A stretch of DNA of 64,000 nt, from positions 195,796,001-195,860,000 of the forward strand of contig NC_042998.1 in assembly GCF_006345805.1 (NCBI RefSeq). Reading direction: 5' to 3'. The translations under genes and the position numbers were made by a program. Positions 62,032 to 64,000 of the stretch are shown one piece after another. The notes below the pieces were generated by a model that was not told the DNA's origin, searched no databases, and saw only the letters and a program-made list of their open reading frames with translations. Positions within the stretch are counted from its first letter, which is position 1. Every line of letters starts with the position of its first letter. The stretch comes from Octopus sinensis. Its lineage: Eukaryota.

Positions 62032-62415
62032 ACTAGCAGTATCGCCCGGCGTTGCTCAGGTTTGTAAGGGAAATAACTATAAAGCATTTTTAGAGAGTTA
62101 TAGCCAAAAAATAGAAAAAAAATGGAAAAAAATTATGGTAAATTTTTTTTTTAGTTAAAAACGGTGGAGTTGCGTCCCCTAGACAGTTTGCGGTTTGTGT
62201 TTCTGATTCTCGACCCCATGTCGAATTTATCGATTTTTTTCAGAACTGGGGGAACTTTTCAAAATTTTCGCTGCGTTAGTTTTGAATTATGACATTGGGC
62301 TATGTGTGTGTCAAGTTTCATCAGAATCGGTTGAAAGCCGTGGTCAGGGTGAGGGTACAAGCAAACAGACACACAGAAAACGCACAGACAAACTGCCGTT
62401 TATACAGAGAGAGAT
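62032..62415 (+). mobile_element. Non-autonomous Helitron/Helentron-like element
   Basis: ACTAGCAGTATCGCCCGGCGTTGCTC start; TATACAGAGAGAGAT end. Confidence 0.5.
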
Positions 62416-62483
62416 AATTGTTTCAAGTTTTGACATGGGGCCAGCAGTTTAACAGGTAGAGGATAAGTTGATTATATTGACCC

Positions 62484-62642
62484 CAGGGGCATAGTTGGAG
62501 TGGGGCAAGCAGGACACCACTTTGGGGGAGGCGCAATTTTGGCCAGGATTATTTTCTAATTAAGCCATTAAAAAAAATTTGGTTGTTGGGGGCACAATTT
62601 TGATGCTTGCACTGGGTGCCATTTACCCCAGCTACACCCCTG
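62484..62642. mobile_element. hAT-like MITE inserted in a family A SINE fragment
   Basis: Imperfect TIRs CAGGGGCATAGTTGG / CCAGCTACACCCCTG; 8-bp TSD ATTGACCC / ATCGACCC. Confidence 0.65.
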
Positions 62643-63569
62643 ATCGACCCCACCACCACCTCAGTACTTAACTGATATTTTATTTTATTGGCCCCAAAAG
62701 CGATGAAAGGCAAAGTTGATCTCAGCAAGATTGGAATGCAGAATGTAAAATGCCAGTGTGTAAGAATTCTACCATTTTGCCAATAATAATGGTAATAATA
62801 ATAATAAATGCCCTGATACAGTACCAGCAGTGGCTCTCATGGCTCCTGATCTTAACTGATTGGAAGTGTTATCATGTACATTGTTTTGTCTTGGTATAAA
62901 AGATGGGCTACAGCAAATATTCTGCTCAATACCACAGATTCGCTTGTCAGTTGTTTGACCGTAACCGGTTGAGCATGTCCCTTAGTGGCTGACGATATGT
63001 GCATCTCTGATCACGAGCAGAAGTAGTAGGGGAGTATCATAGCCATGTGTTGAAAGGAATTCTTGGAGGTTTGGATAATTCACCTCTGGAAACATGAGTG
63101 CTTCGTTCAACATCTCCAAACAATCCTTATTCAGGGACCTTTTGAGCGGGATGGGTTACTCGACCAGAAGAAAATTCTAACTGGGTCCCACCTGCAAGGT
63201 CATGCGCTGTTTATCTTGATATGAGATCACCATGTCGCACACATATGGTTGTGATGCATGTGCCTGGTGTACCCTTATCAGACGGGTAGTCATGATGGGC
63301 ATATTGGGCTTTGTATATTTGTACCCCAGTATCACTTTGATGGCATGCACTGCTCTCTCTCTCAATAATAATAATAAAAGTTTCGAATTTTGGCACAAGG
63401 CCTCATCATTTAACATCCGTTGTCCATGCTGGCATGGGTTGGACTAACAAACTACATATTTGCAAAACGAAATTCTTAACCAGACAATTTTTACTGCCAT
63501 TCATTTGTTTTGTCTTTTTCCCACTTGACTGATTTGGCTGTGCCAGGAGACAGGCACATACACACACAC

Positions 63570-63745
63570 ATATAGAATGGGCTTCTTTCAGTTTCCATCT
63601 ACCAAATCCACTTGCAGGGTCTGGGTCAGCCCACTGTTATAGTAAAATATATTTACCCAAGGTGCCACGCAGTGGGACTGAACCTGGAACCATGTGCTTG
63701 GGAAGTAAATTTCTTATTACACAGCCATGCCTCCTGTGCCTATGG
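63570..63745 (-). mobile_element. SINE family B, partial (older copy)
   Basis: Head half of family B. Confidence 0.65.
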
Positions 63746-64000
63746 TTAATCAATAATAATCAGGTGACAAGCTGCTTAATCTTAACCATTAATAACCAAC
63801 AGCTGTTGAATCTTCTATCACTGGTTCTTGACTGAAGACTGTGCACTTGGATTCCTCTTCAGGCCACCCCCCACCCCCACCTGTTGTTGACAAATGCCTC
63901 CTGTCAACTGCCACCTGACCTGTTAGCCAATCTGATCTCTGTAGTCTTGACCATTGGTACATTGGGGTCACCTTCTTTCAAGTGATTCTATGGTTTATGT

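Noticed and set aside
54160-64000. Second exon of the arylsulfatase (expected to start near I-x-TGLQH)
   Set aside because: Not found by eye; it probably lies beyond the window, though I may have missed it.

Overview
AT-rich, repeat-dominated animal genomic DNA. The SINE families, microsatellite load and '[10 protein letters not shown]...HTGEKP' zinc-finger arrays point to an octopus/coleoid cephalopod (inference). Genes supported by the sequence: (1) a three-coding-exon gene at 6297-12936 (+), missed by the ORF track, encoding a 74-aa Lys/Ala-rich protein with no recognisable domain; (2) a head-to-head pair of C2H2 zinc-finger genes (27 fingers, minus strand; 21 fingers, plus strand) with homologous leader exons and decayed fingers after their stops; (3) the first coding exon of an arylsulfatase B/I/J-type gene at 53887-54159. 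There is also a CpG-decayed tRNA-His pseudogene. The rest is mobile DNA: CR1/L2-group, RTE and HERO-like LINE fragments, a Penelope-like element, at least four SINE families, Mutator/hAT/Helitron-like non-autonomous elements and two minisatellites. The strongest leads are: hammerhead ribozyme motifs (one in a Penelope pLTR, with the element's 5' inverted repeat ending at the predicted cleavage site; one in a tRNA-headed element; one with a G3-C8 core swap); SINE tetramers inserted as single events within one TSD; a structurally co-varying 3' stem-loop shared by LINEs and a SINE; and the orphan 74-aa protein. Coordinates were counted by eye; repeat boundaries may be off by tens of bases, and family names were not confirmed by any database search.
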